From Rhizophagus irregularis (lineage: Eukaryota), in the NCBI RefSeq assembly GCF_026210795.1, contig NC_089432.1, positions 1,178,001 through 1,242,000 on the forward strand: 64,000 nucleotides of DNA, written 5' to 3'. Shown one piece after another: positions 12,111 through 25,559 of the stretch. Each line of letters starts with the position of its first letter. The first letter of the stretch is position 1. The translations under genes and the position numbers were made by a program. The notes under the pieces were generated by a model. The model searched no databases. It saw nothing but the letters and a program-made list of their open reading frames with translations, and was not told the origin of the DNA.

Positions 12111-15100
12111 AATTCTCTATAAAATACAATATTCAAAATATGATGTATTTATCTTCATGAAACCTGTAGTCCGTTATATTGTCCTTTTAAAAAACATTTA
12201 TTAATATTTTTATCGTAGAAATGGATCTGTTAAGACAAGAGCTATTTACTACTTGACCATAATTTTCACACTTTATTAATTCTCAATTTTTTTACGCCTC
12301 ATCAAAAGGTTAGTAAGATTAGTGCAAAGATAATATGGAAGATATGGTCTCAATTCAAAAAATATATCTCCCAATATATAATTAAATAAATATCATTTAA
12401 GATAAAAGATAAACAAATTTTCTTTTTGTTTTAAAATTTACTCAATTTAAATTGCATAATAAACTTTTCAAAATTATTATTGATTTACGTATATACAACA
12501 AAATTTTCGATCCTTCAATGTTTGATCATATATTATCTTCTTCATACGGATAATAGCATGAAATACCTTACATTTCTTTCATTTACCATATTTACTAGAC
12601 AAGGTTCATTTAACCAATCGTACAATATTATTATTTATTTTCCTAGCGTAAAGACAAAAAAAGCTCATGTGTGAAGTGCAAATTATAATCTGTATCCACC
12701 TTGATTTTCGTTAATTAAAAATATATTAATTGAAATTTTTATTCCAAACTAATTTATTTTTGATTATAATTTGGCAATGATTTTTCTCTTATAGACTTAT
12801 TGCTATTTATTTTCTTGAAAATACAGAAAAAAAAAAATTATATGATCTACATTACCGAAAATAATTTTACTTTCGCATTTCTCATTTTAACCATTTCGGG
12901 TTAGATTTATTTTTTATGATGATCAGCTGCTGCTTACGAATTTTCTTTGTTACAAAAATAGTAATTTTTGTATACAATAGTAGTACAAATAGTAATACAA
13001 ATAAGTAATACAAATGTGCGCAATTTATTGAATTTCGTTCAATTTATAATTTTTTTCTTTTTCCCATAATAATTCTGAAATTTATTTTGAGTAACGTAGT
13101 TATTTATTTATATTAACTAAAATTAAAATTATAATATACAGCTCAATTAATATGGATGAAACCCCAAAAAATTTATGGGAGGATACTGATACAAATAAAT
13201 ATCAGGTAATAGCAATTTAATATTTTTAATAATTATAATTATTTTATTGAATTTTTGTAGTTAAAAATATTAATAATTTTTTGTCTATTAAAAGTACCAT
13301 GTTACAATTCCTACTATTGATTCAACTATTGAATCAGAAAATGTAGATGAAAGAGTAGTTTATATAGGAGATTTAGAAAAAAGAAAACAAGCGTATGGAA
13401 TATGTGGAGAATGTAAAGAACCTGGCATAGGATGGCAATGGTGTCAATCTTGTAATGCTAAAAGATTTAAAGATAACTTTAAAAATTGGACTAGTGGAAA
13501 TAAAGATATTGATGAATTTATACAGCAATCACAACTTAATGCTGTATATTATAAAAAATATCTTGAATGGATACCTTTTGAAAAATTTCAAAATATCACT
13601 TATATTGCGGAAGGTGGTTTTGGTAAGATTTATTCAGCTGAATGGCCTGAAGGACATATTCACCATTGGGATATTAAAAATCAAAAATGGTATAGGTTGC
13701 AAAATGACAAATATGCATTGAAAAGTTTGAATAATTCTTCTGATATATGTTCAGATTTTTTAAATGAGGTAATTTAAACTTATTTTGTCTTATATATAAA
13801 GATTGTAATTTGCATTTATTTATTAATAAAATTTTTCCTTTTTGATGATAATTAGATTAAATCTCATCTTCAGATTTATCTTGTTGATGTTGTTCAATGT
13901 TTTGGAATTACTCAAGATCCAAATAATAAAGAGTATATGATGGTTATAGAATATTGTAAAGATGGAAATTTGAGAAATTATTTAAATAAATCTGAAAATT
14001 ATTTAGATTATGAATCAAAAATTAATAAATTACAAGAAATTGCAAGAGGACTTTTAGATATTCATAATGCTGAAAAAGTTCACAAAGATTTTCATTCAGG
14101 CAATATATTATTTAAAGGTTTACCATTTATAAGTGATTTAGGAATGTGTCAACCAGCAAATATAAAGCAAACAGTTAAAGAAGAAGGAATTTATGGAGTA
14201 TTACCATATATGGCACCAGAAGTTTTACGTGGACAACAATATACAAAAGCAGCAGATATTTACTCATTTGGAATAATAATGAACGAATTTCTTTCTGAAG
14301 AAATTCCTTTTAATGATATTCCTCATAATGAATTTTTAGCTATTAAAATATGTAAAGGATTTAGACCAACAATTTCTAAAGACATACCAAAGTTACTTAC
14401 AGATTTGATAATAAAATGTTGGGATGCTGAAATAAAAAATAGACCAACCACTAAAGAATTGTATCAACTATTGAAGAAATGGTATGTTGAGATTAAAAAT
14501 ATTAAAAATAGTGAAAATAGTGAAGACGAAGATAGTAAAAATGGTAGCAATAGTCAAAATAGTGAAATATATTTTCAAATAAAAGAATGTGATAAAATTA
14601 GAAAAGAAAAATTCAAAAACAGGTCAAATGATGATAAATCAAAAAGTTTCAAACCGCATCCACAAGCAATTTATACTAGCAGACTTTTAAATTTCAAAAA
14701 TCTTCCAAAACCAGTAAATTCTTCAGATTTATCATCTTTTCAATTCAGTTCAGGTAATTAAATTAATTTTGTTTTATCATATAATCCATTTTACATTATT
14801 AATATTATTTTTATTTTTTAATAGACACTAATTATACTATTCAATCAACATCAGCAAATCCAAGTAAGTATTCCCTTAATTACTATAATTATTTTATTTA
14901 AATTTATTAATATTTAAATACTATAAATACATAATATACAGTTTCAGAATGCTTAGATGTTCAATTAAGTGAATTAGGTAAGTTATTATTATTTGTAATT
15001 TTATTAATATTTTATATCTAATTATTTTTTTATATAGAACTAAATGAAATTTGTCAAGATGGTGAAGATAATATTGAATGAAGTTTCTTTTTTTGTGAAA

Positions 15101-15290
15101 GTTGAAGTCAGATAGTTTATGTATTGAAGTTATTGAAGTTCTATTTTTCTTTCATTTATTTGTTATACTTTATCTTAGTTTTTATATTTACATATAGATT
15201 TATTGGATTTTATGTTTATTTAATATTATTTATATAGAATATTCTTAAAGATTTTGGTTAATTTGTCCTAAAGAGTTTAAATAAAATTGA
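12111..15290 (+). repeat. Segmental duplication copy 1 (about 1 kb upstream region + kinase gene + 3' flank)
   Basis: High identity by eye to 30931-35826, from CTATAAAATACAATATTCAAAATATGATG to TTTTGGTTAATTTG.CCTAAAGAGTTTAAATAAAATTGA. Confidence 0.9.
13152..15081 (+). CDS. TKL-like protein kinase with N-terminal CxxC..CxxC motif, 6 exons (copy 1)
   Basis: Exons 13152-13205, 13295-13768, 13856-14753 plus three short 3' exons (from 14825, 14942, 15038). Motifs CGEC..WCQSC, GGFG, ALK, HKDFHSGN, DLG, APE, DIYSFG. Confidence 0.88.
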
Positions 15291-15589
15291 CAAATTAATT
15301 ATCCCCTAAATGGCTTTTGAGCTAATTTTCCCAGAATTTTTTTTTTTAAAGCATTATAGAACAATGTTCCGAAGTGTATTGAATGATAAATTTGCACCAT
15401 CATATATTTATAGTTTCACAAATTTGATAAACATACTTGTAATTTAAGGTTACGACATTATACAAATTGGTGATATTTCCTAAAAAATAACCAGCCAAAT
15501 TTATATTACAACCCCGGTGAAAAAATCAAGCATGGATTGACAAAATGTTACACCGTGCCTGACATTTTACCTGATTTTCATCTGTCCGT

Positions 15590-16846
15590 GCTTGATATTT
15601 TTATCTGTTGTGCTTGATGTTTTATCTGTATGTGCTTGATGGTTTTATCTGTATGTGCTTGATGGTTTTATCTGTACGTGCTTGATGGATTTATCCGACC
15701 ATGCTTGACATTTTATCTGTCCGTGCTCCATCTGTGCTTGATATTTTTGTCCGTCTGTGCTTGATGTTTTTGTCCAACTGTGTTTGATTTAATTCAACTA
15801 TACTCGATAATATTATCTTTGTCAAAAATTAGTTTCTTTGTCAGCACAGGGTTGATATTTTGTCGATCACATGTTTTTAAGTTTAGTGTAGTTTTTAAAA
15901 TTTTACACGAATTTTTTTTTTTTATAAACAAATTTTGTAGAGAATTTTATTTTAATATAAGCAAATGCTTTGTTTGATAGAATTTCTTTGAGAATTTTTT
16001 TTAATAAAAAGATTTTTTTTGATAAAAAATTTCGTTAGAGAATGTTTTTCATTGATAGGGACATTTCTGAGTTTTTTTTTTTGATAATTTTGTTCAAAAC
16101 TTTTATTTATAGAAATTTCATTGGAGAATTTTTTTTTAATAAGATTTTTTTTTTTTGACATATACTTATTTTTTTTTGATAGAGAATTAATTCATTGAGA
16201 ATTTTTTTTTTTTTGTAGAAAATTATTTGAAGAATTTTTTAATAAGGAAGATTTTTTTGATAGATAATTTCGTTAGAAAATTTTTTTAACAAGTGAGATT
16301 TTTTTTTTGATAGAGAATTTCGTTAAGAATTTTTTTTTAATAGGAGAGAGTTTTCCTTAATAAAGAATTTCTTTTGGGAATTTTTTTTAATAGGTGAAAG
16401 TATTTTTTGACGGAGAAATTTATTAGAGAATTTTTTTTAATAGGGGATTGAAGAATTTCATTAAAGAATTTTTCTTTAATAGATCATTTCGTTAGTGTAA
16501 ATTTTTTTAACAGGGGAGATTTTTTTTTGATAGAGAATTTTGGTAAAGATTTTTTTTTTTTAACAGGAGAGGAGTTTTTTTTTGATATAGAAATACTTTT
16601 GAGAATTTTTTTTAATAGGTGGTAAGAATCTTTGAATTTTTTTTAATAGGGAAAATGTGTTTTTTGATGGAAGATTATCGTTAGAAAATTTTCTTTAATC
16701 GGGGATATTTTTTTTGATTGAGAATTTCATTAGAGAATTGTTTGTTGAAAAATTTTTTATTTTTTTTGATGGAAAATTTTGTTTAGAAATCTTAATAAAA
16801 AATTTTATTGAAAATAGTTTTTTTTTAATAAGTGTATCGAGAATTT
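15590..16846. repeat. Left arm of a long inverted repeat (foldback/long-TIR element)
   Basis: Begins with tandem GTGCTTGATGTTTTATCTGT units, then T-rich sequence. Its reverse complement matches 22631-22941, 28144-28537 and 28933-29277 (e.g. GTCAGCACAGGGGTTGATATTTTGTC vs GACAAAATATCACCCCTGTGCTGAC). Confidence 0.8.
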
Positions 16847-17479
16847 AGAGATCTTTTTTTTTATAAAAAATTGATTGAAAATTTATTGGAAAATTTTTTA
16901 TTAAATTTTACAATTTTAATAAATTTTTACTCCTCTTCATCTTCCCATCATTTCTCTTCATCTCCCACTCCTCTTCGTCTCCCATCACTTCTTTTTGTCT
17001 TGTTTCCTATCACTTTTCATTACTCCTTTTTACTCCCTTTCATCTTCTATTACTTTTGTTATTTCATTTTTTATTAGCATCTTTCTCCTTGATCATTGTA
17101 ATTTACTTATCTTTTTTATTTATTGTTATTGTTTCTTTTATTTGTACACTTCAATAAAAATAAATATGGTGATTTTTTTCTTTAAAATTGTAAATGTGTG
17201 ACTTAAATTTTAATATTTGCAAACAAAATTTCATTAAATAAGATTATTTTGAATAAATATGTTTGCAAAAAAATTTTTTTTAAAAATATCTTTTGCAATA
17301 ATAACCGATCAAAAATTAGATACTGTACATCATACGACATATTTGAAAAAAAACAGGCGATGATCACCCAGGCGATGTTTAGCAAATAGCAATCCCAATT
17401 TTTATTTATATATATTAACTAGAGTAACTTGGTAATTATTAGTGAGTTATAATCATTATACTGTCAGATTGACTCGAAA

Positions 17480-19650
17480 ATTTTGGGTCGGGTCATCAAA
17501 CGTTTTTATAATTAAATATAAAAAAAATTGATTTTTTTATTAAAAACGTCAGACTTGACGTTTTTATGATTAAAAAATCATTTTTTACATTAGATTTGAT
17601 TAAAAATCAAAAAAATTGATTTTTTTGGTTAAAAACGTAAGACTTGGCGTTTTTGTAATTAAAAAATCAAAAAAAATGATTTTATTAATTAAAAATGTCA
17701 GACTCAACGTTTTTGTAATTAAAAAATCAAAAAAATGTTTTTTTTAGTTAAAAACGTCAGACATGACATTTTTGTGATTAAAAATAAAAAAAAAATGATT
17801 TTTTTAGTTAAAAAATGTCAGACTTGACGTTTTTGTAATTAAAAAATCAAAAAAATGACTTTTTTAGTTGAAAAACGTCAGGCTTGACGTTTTTGTAATT
17901 AAAAAATCAAAAAAATGACTTTTTTAGTTGAAAAACGTCAGGCTTGACGTTTTTGTAATTAAAAAATCAAAAAAATGACTTTTTTAGTTAAAAAACGTCA
18001 GGCTTGACGTTTTTGTAATTAAAAAATCAAAAAAATGACTTTTTTAGTTAAAAAATGTCAGGCTTGACATTTTTGTAATTAAAAAATCAAAAAAAAAATG
18101 ACTTTTTTAGTTAAAAAACGTCAGACATGACATTTTTGTGATTAAAAATAAAAAAAATGATTTTTTTAATTAAAAACGTCAGATTTGACGTTTTTGTAAT
18201 TAAAAAATCAAAAAAATGACTTTTTTAGTTAAAAAACGTCAGACTTGACGTTTTTTAATTAAAAAATCAAAAAAAAAATGATTTTTTTAGTTAAAAACGT
18301 CAGACATGACATTTTTGTGATTAAAAATAAAAAAAATGATTTTTTAATTAAAAACGTCAGATTTGACATTTTTATGATTCAAAAAATTATTTTTTACGTT
18401 AGATTTGACAATTTTGTAATTAAAAATCAAAAAAATTGATTTTTTTAGTTAAAAACGTCAGACTTGACGTTTTTGTAATTAAAAAATCAAAAAAAAATGA
18501 TTTTTTAATTAAAAATGTCAGACTCGACGTTTTTGTAATTAAAAAATCAAAAAAATGATTTTTTTAATTAAAAACGTCAGACTTGACGTTTTTGTGATTA
18601 AAAATCAAAAAAAATATTGGTTTTTTTTAATTAAAAATGTCAGACTTGATGTTTTTGTGATTAAAAATCAAAAAAAATATTGATTTTTTAATTAAAAACG
18701 TCAGACTTGGCATTTTGTAATTAAAAATCAAAAAAATATTGTTTTTTTTGATTAAAAATGTCAGACTTGATGTTTTTGTAATTAAAAAATCAAAAAAAAA
18801 TGATTTTTTTGATTAAAAACGTTAGACTTGACATTATTGTAATTAAAAAATCAAAAAAAAAATGATTTTTTTGATTAAAAACGTCAGACTTGACATTTTT
18901 GTTATTAAAAAATCAAAAAAATGATTTTTTTAATTAAAAAACGTCAGACTTGACATTTTTGTGATTAAAAAATAAAAATCAAAAAAATATTGGTTTTTTT
19001 TAATTAAAAACGTCAGACTTGACGTTTTTGTTATTAAAAAATCAAAAAAAAATGATTTTTTAATTAAAAACGTCAGACTTTGACATTTTTGTGATTAAAA
19101 ATCAAAAAAATATTGGTTTTTTTAATTAAAAACGTCAGACTTGGCATTTTGTAATTAAAAATCAAAAAAATATTGTTTTTTTTAATTAAAAATGTCAGAC
19201 TTGACGTTTTTGTAATTAAAAAATCAAAAAAAATGATTTTTTTGATTAAAAATGTCAGACTTGATGTTTTTGTAATTAAAAAATCAAAAAAAATGATTTT
19301 TTTGATTAAAAACGTTAGATTTGACATTATTGTAATTAAAAAATAAAAAAAAATGATTTTTTTGATTAAAAACGTCAAACTTGACATTTTTGTTATTAAA
19401 AAATCAAAAAAATGATTTTTTTAATTAAAAAACGTCAGACTTGACATTTTTGTGATTAAAAAATAAAAATCAAAAAAATATTGGTTTTTTTTAATTAAAA
19501 ACGTCAGACTTGACGTTTTTGTTATTAAAAAATCAAAAAAAAAAATGATTTTTTTAATTAAAAACGTCATACTTTGACATTTTTGTGATTAAAAATCAAA
19601 AAAATATTGGTTTTTTTAATTAAAAACGTCAGTCTTGACATTTTTTGTTA
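17480..19650. repeat. Minisatellite of about 60-bp units, roughly 35 copies
   Basis: Consensus AAAAACGTCAGACTTGACGTTTTTGTAATTAAAAAATCAAAAAAATGATTTTTTTAATT read directly. Confidence 0.95.
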
Positions 19651-19930
19651 AAAAAATAAAAAATGAAGAAAAAACGTTTTTGCGTTATTTTTTTTATAAT
19701 TTTATATGGAAAAATGCCAAAAGTTTTTGGCATTTTTTTTAATAATATTATATGAAAAAACGCTGAAACATTTTTTTTACAATTTTTTTATTTTTTTGCA
19801 ATATTTTATGAAATTTTAATGATCAACAAAAAAATGAAATTATGCAAATATTGAATGATGCAACAATTTAACAGGGACTTTTAGTGGCACAGGAAGAGTT
19901 TTTGCGAAAAGTTGGCATTAGAAGTTTTTT

Positions 19931-20031
19931 TCATTGTCATTGTCATTGACATTGACATTGACATTGACATTGACATTGACATTGACATTGACATTGACAT
20001 TGTCACTGACATTGACATTGTCATTGACATT
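19931..20031. repeat. (GACATT)n microsatellite
   Basis: Direct reading; produces the spurious DIDID ORF. Confidence 0.95.
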
Positions 20032-20963
20032 TACATAAAGTTATATAAGATTAATCTGAGAGTTTTTTACCAAAAAGGAAATTTTTTTATAAAAAGGGAA
20101 ATGATTTTCAATTTCGAGGCAATTCAGCAGGTGTTTTAATAACAAATTGAGAAATGATTTCCATAGAAAATCTCGTGACAAAATTTATAATAAATTTAAA
20201 ATAAATGATCAACAAAAATGATCAACAAAATCGTTACTAGTTTTATAAAAAACACCCAATAATATCTTTTTATTGTTTTAAAGTATTTAAAATAGTTTTG
20301 TATTCGCTAACTATTACTGTTCAATAAAAATAAAAATAAAAGTATTTAAAATAGTAGATTTTCAAAAAATGTTTTTATGCCAATTATTTAATATTATTAA
20401 TGATAAAAAAAGAAAACACTTCAAACAAATTTTTGCTATATACTTTTTTTAAAGTTAACAATATTTTAAAAACTTTTTAATTTATGTTATATATGAATAA
20501 TATGATTATATAATAAGAAATTGTAAAAAAAAATTTTTATGAAATTAAAAAATATTAAAAATAAAGTTAAAAATGGAATCAAAAAATACTAAACTAAAGA
20601 AAATTATTAAATAAAGTAAGATAAATTTTTAAAAAATACCATAAAAATAAATACTAGTAGAAACCTGAAATTATTAAAATGAAACAAATAAAACAAAAAG
20701 AAAAAAAAAGTACTAAAAAGAATTAAAATTAAATATTAAATAAAAATGAAATTAAAGAAATACCAAGACTAAAAACTAACAATATATTTAAGAAAATAAT
20801 TATAAAGATAAAATATATTAATTATATTAATTAAACAAAGAAATACAGTACTATAAAATAAAATAAAAATTAAAAAAAAGCTGAATCATATACTAAGAAT
20901 AAAATTAAAAAAAACTATGATAGAATCCTAAATAGCATAGTAAATTAAGCAAATTCTATATAC

Positions 20964-22576
20964 TAGTAAAGCTCCTCATGAGCCCGAGCCAGCTTGCAAG
21001 CTAAGCCATACTTAAATTGGCTTGATGCTTGACAAGCCAGCTCGAAAAAGCTTGAGTTGGCTTGCCTACAAAGTAATAAAATAAAAATTAATCATATGAC
21101 TTCCTGATATTCTGATTTGCCGATGATTGATAATCAGCTTTTTGTATAAAAAAATAATTTTTTTTTTTTTACCGATCTTTTTAAATAATAATTTATTCAT
21201 TATTATTATTTAAAAAGAAGACGGAAATTTAAGTTAAGGGAAGGGTACTTGGTTTTTTTTTAATTTGGGAACGTTACTAATGTTCCCTTTCTTTTTTTCT
21301 TTAGGGTTATTATTCTAGACATGAATTCCGTCAAAATGAAGCAAGAACAGCCTTTCCTTGGAGTTATGCGGTGAGTAGTGTAATGTATGGACAGTATGGT
21401 TATGAAATTGCATTATGGAACAATACTAACGCAAATTTTTTTTTATTTTTAGTTCTTCAGCCTTTCTTCGGTAAGTAGTGTAATGTATAGATAGTATGGT
21501 GCATTATGGAACCCCGCTAACACATTTTTTTTTTGTTTTTCAGGTTTCTGGCTAGTGGAATAATTAACCTTTACTCTCTCACGAGGATTTTTTGGATATA
21601 AATTCGGAGCACCTTCACCTTTCTTATAATCAGCAAGAATTGCCTCACATAGGTTGGTATAGTTTGGGGAGTGTATGGTTGTATAATGGCATTTGAAACA
21701 ATACTAATGCCATTTTTTTTTATTTTTTTAGGTTCCCGGCTATGGAATATGCGGTTGGTGAGTGTGTGGCTGTGCAATGGTGTTATAAAACATCATTAAT
21801 GCCATTTCTCTTTTTTTTTTTAGATAAAACTCGGCTTGAGCCAGGATTCCAAAAAATTTTCGGTAACGTGACTTTGTACTACTAACCTAAAAATAGTAGA
21901 TATATTGATGAAAAGTAATATTTTTCACAGTTCTTACTTCTCACCCAACTGTTTTGTATTTGCCAGTAATTTCACCTTGAAATATATAATATTCTTTTTT
22001 ATTATAGTTTATTCTATTCTATTTTCTTAACCATATTGTGTTTTATTTTGTTGTGAAATAAAAACGCGTTTTTTATATTAAATACAAAATTTATTTACAA
22101 CCTTGGGAGTATAAAGGTGAACTACCAAGTTTGAATAAGAACAAGACTTTTCCATTTAATACATTATAAAAATTATCTTTACATTACTATTACTTATTGT
22201 TAAATTTCTAAAATAATAAATAATTTATTCACTTATTTTAATAAAAAAAATTTTTATAAAGTGAAAAGGACTATACTTGATAAGAATTAAACGTTTCTTT
22301 TTTTTATAAAATTACACTTATTTTTTTTCTTAAAAAAAGCTTCGAAAATTTTTCTAAGATAATGTTGTACAAAATAAATCTGACCAATAAAACTCGCCAA
22401 GTCACGTTACCGAAAATTTTTTGGTGGTGTTCTTTGGGGTAGTTGGATTTATTATGGCTTGGCTTAGCTCAAAAAGCTTGAGCCAATATTTGCCGTGGCT
22501 CAGTTCATTGCAGACTCAGCTGAGCTTGAGCTATGCCCTGGCTCAGCTCAAGCCATCTCATGCGGAGCTTTAACTA
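20964..22576. mobile_element. Non-autonomous TIR element (hAT-like ends, GAGCC/GGCTT subterminal repeats)
   Basis: Ends TAGTAAAGCTCCTCATGAG and (reverse complement) TAGTTAAAGCTCCGCATGAG, with GC-richer repeated motifs inside both ends. No TSD found. Confidence 0.55.
21849..22424. mobile_element. Internal 576-bp segment bounded by a perfect 26-bp inverted repeat
   Basis: CCAAAAAATTTTCGGTAACGTGACTT at 21849 and its reverse complement ending at 22424. No TSD recognised. Confidence 0.5.
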
Positions 22577-23234
22577 CAAGAAAACCATTTATTTTATAAT
22601 ATCCATTAAAAAAAAAAAAATTTCAAGCCAAAATTCTTGATACCCTCATTAAAAAAAAACTATTTTCAATAAAATTTTCTATCGAGACTTCTAACAAAAT
22701 TCTCTATCAAAAAATAAAAAACTTTTCAACCAACAATTCTCTAATGAAATTCTCAATCAAAAAAATATCCCCGATTAAGAAAAATTTCTAACGAAAATCT
22801 TCCATCAAACAACACATTTTCCCTATTAAAAAAAAAGTTCTCAAAAGAATTTCTATCAAAAAAAAAAACTTCCCTCCTATTAAAAAAAAATAAATTTTCC
22901 ATCAAAAAAAAAACCTCCCCTGTTAAAAAATTTACTAACGACATCAGGAAATTTAAAGATCGATAAAATTATATAAATTTATAACTTTTATATAAAGTTA
23001 AATAATTTTTTATATAAAATTTATATATTTATAAAAATATATAAATAATAATATTTTTTAATATAAAAGTTACTTATTTTTTTATGTAAAATTGCATATT
23101 TATAAACCTATATAAAGAATATAATAATTCATAATTTTATTTTGAAGAATAAGTAGAAAATTACATAATTTTACATAAAAATGTATGCAATATTTTACAT
23201 ATTTTTAACTAGTTATTAATTTATAAAATTATTC

Positions 23235-23410
23235 TTACCAGCTGATATATCTGTTTACAAAATATGCATTATTATGGTCAAATCATTGAACAATATGTAC
23301 AGTTTCTATCAGTACTTCAATTGGCACAATATAAAATTCATTAATAAATTTAATATATGGACATCCAAATCTCAAAAACTTGCTTTCAGTTTGGTATTTA
23401 TAATCATACA
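23235..23410 (-). pseudogene. C-terminal remnant of a Plavaka-like transposase
   Basis: Translates YDYKYQTESKFLRFGCPYIKFINEFYIVPIEVLIETVHIVQ*FDHNNAYFVNRYISW*, resembling from memory the C-terminus of AMF Plavaka-domain proteins. One internal stop. Not verified by search. Confidence 0.45.
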
Positions 23411-25559
23411 AACAATAAACTCTTTCTCACCAAACCAAATTTTTTGATATATATTTCCCACATACTAAAGACACATTTTCGCCTTAGGGCATTGCTGAAA
23501 GACCTTTTACACTTCCTCTATACACGTTAAAGAGTTTCTTTCAAGGTTTCAAGCACTTTTTTAGAAATTTAATTACCAACTTTTTTCTTCGCTTGTTGCA
23601 CTATACTCAAACACTTTTCTTTAACTGATAACTCAAATAAATTTTTTAATATATTACACCTAGTCAAGAAAAAATTTCTCCCCTCTTCCGACATTATAGC
23701 TCTATCCAAAACCTTGCAAAAAATCGTAGAAAAAAATTTTCTTATTGCTGTCCAATCAGAGAAATTCCACGTGAGAAACTGGATACACGCAGTTCAACAA
23801 AGTGTACGTTGTAAAACATACTTAAAATTCCACAAACAAAGTTTCCGAAGAAAAAAATTTGTATCTCAATTTTACTCAGCCAATTACAAAAAGTCATACC
23901 TAGCAAACAGTTCAGGAAAATTTACGGGAAAAATTACTCAATCGCATTCCAAAGATCTGCTCCTTCATAATCGTATCACTAAATATGTTAAATTCTCATA
24001 CAAAAAATACAGATTTTATTTTAACTATACTTCCCAGCGTAATTAATTTAATTACGCCATTATACTCGACACAATTTACGGTTATAGATTTTAAAAAATT
24101 AAATTGAGTTGGCGTAGTATATCATATGATATACATGTAAGTTTCAAATTTTCTATTTATGATGCTGATCTACTGATCTGATCGGTTGATAAATTCGATC
24201 TTTTTTTTAAAATTATTCTTTTTAAATAAAATAATAAATTACATTTAATATTAATAATATAACCAAATTAGATTTGAACTTCGGCCAGAAATTCCAGGAT
24301 TGTAAGTTAGACTGGAGAGTATTTGGTTCTTTAATTTGAGAATGTTACTAACATTCTTATCTTTTTTTTCTTTAGGGACATTCTTCTGGTTGTGGATTCC
24401 GTTGGAATGAAGTAAAGACGGCCTTCTGGACTTATATTTCAGCAAAATTAGGTAAGCTGAGTTTGTTCTTTATTGTTTTTATCTGGAAACGTTATTGACG
24501 TTCCTTTTTTTTATATTTTTTAGGTTTTTGGCCCCTCAGAGTAGTGTAATATATGATAAGAGGAGTTTACGTGAATGTATGGTTATGAAATGGCATTATG
24601 AAACAAAACTAACGCCATTTTTCTTTTATTTTTTAGATTTTCAGAATTCTCTTGAAGTGGAATATGGTAAGTGTTGTTTGGGTGGATAGTTGTGTAATGG
24701 CATTATGAAACAACAACTAACGGCATTCTTCTTGCATTTTTTAGATTTCTGGCTTTCTCTTGAAATGGAGTGTGCAGTATTTTATTTTCAGGTAAAGATG
24801 TGTTGCTGACTGTTACGTATTTTAATCTATAAAGAAACATACTAACTTCTCTTTTATTTTTTTTCCTTTAGGCTAAGATGAACTGGACTTTGAATGTAAA
24901 TTAAAGAGAGGGGAACTATTTCTTAATATTTTTTCAGGTTGCCAGACTTTTGAATGAACCAAAACCTTCGAGAGAAGATTGAAGCAGGCAGATGATGGCA
25001 AAACCAATAACAAGAAAGGTTGAATTCAAGCCCAGGTACCCGAAGGACATGCGAGATCAAAAGAAATTTTTGTAGGATATGTAATTCATGTTAAGAAGGC
25101 GTAGTAATAAGTAGGAAATTTATAACATTGTTGATAAAATTAGGTCCAACTAAATTAGCTATAGAATTTTTACTCATTTTTTACATCCATGTATATATAA
25201 TTTTTATTTTTATTCTTTATATTTTTTAGTATGATAGCATATCATAAAGTGAGACGTACTGTTTAGATAATGATGTAGATATTAATGACGTAAATATTCA
25301 AGAGTCTGCCGAATAATTTAATGGATGATCTGCAACACACTAAATTATCTGGCAGTTACTAAACTTTTAAAGCTTAATTTCAGTTAGACTTTAGTGTAAC
25401 TTTATAGACTAAAAGTTTAAATATGACCATTATTAACTGATCGTGTTTATATTTTTCTTTTTTTTTTACTTCATAAAAGTTTTACTGCTTGTATATATAT
25501 TAATATTCTTCAATATAATCTCTTTAATTTATATATCATAATATATAATAAATTTTTAC

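Noticed and set aside
13455..13721. ORF MLKDLKITLKIG (and its twin at 32355-32681)
   Set aside because: These are off-frame shadows of kinase exon 2.
15780..17385. Short F/K/I-rich ORFs
   Set aside because: They derive from the homopolymer-rich IR arm and a pyrimidine tract, with no recognisable motifs.
17480..19650. Possible CRISPR array; ORF 19073-19387
   Set aside because: There are no unique spacers and no cas genes, and the context is eukaryotic. The ORF is a translation of the satellite.
19912..20139. DIDID-repeat ORF
   Set aside because: It is a translation of the GACATT microsatellite.
20300..20950. A-rich tract as evidence of RIP-like hypermutation
   Set aside because: There is no homologous copy in the window to polarise changes, and composition alone is insufficient.
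23714..24046. 110-aa ORF as a gene
   Set aside because: It has a non-ATG start, no recognisable domain and lies inside a decayed TE. It may be a retroelement remnant, but I cannot support that.
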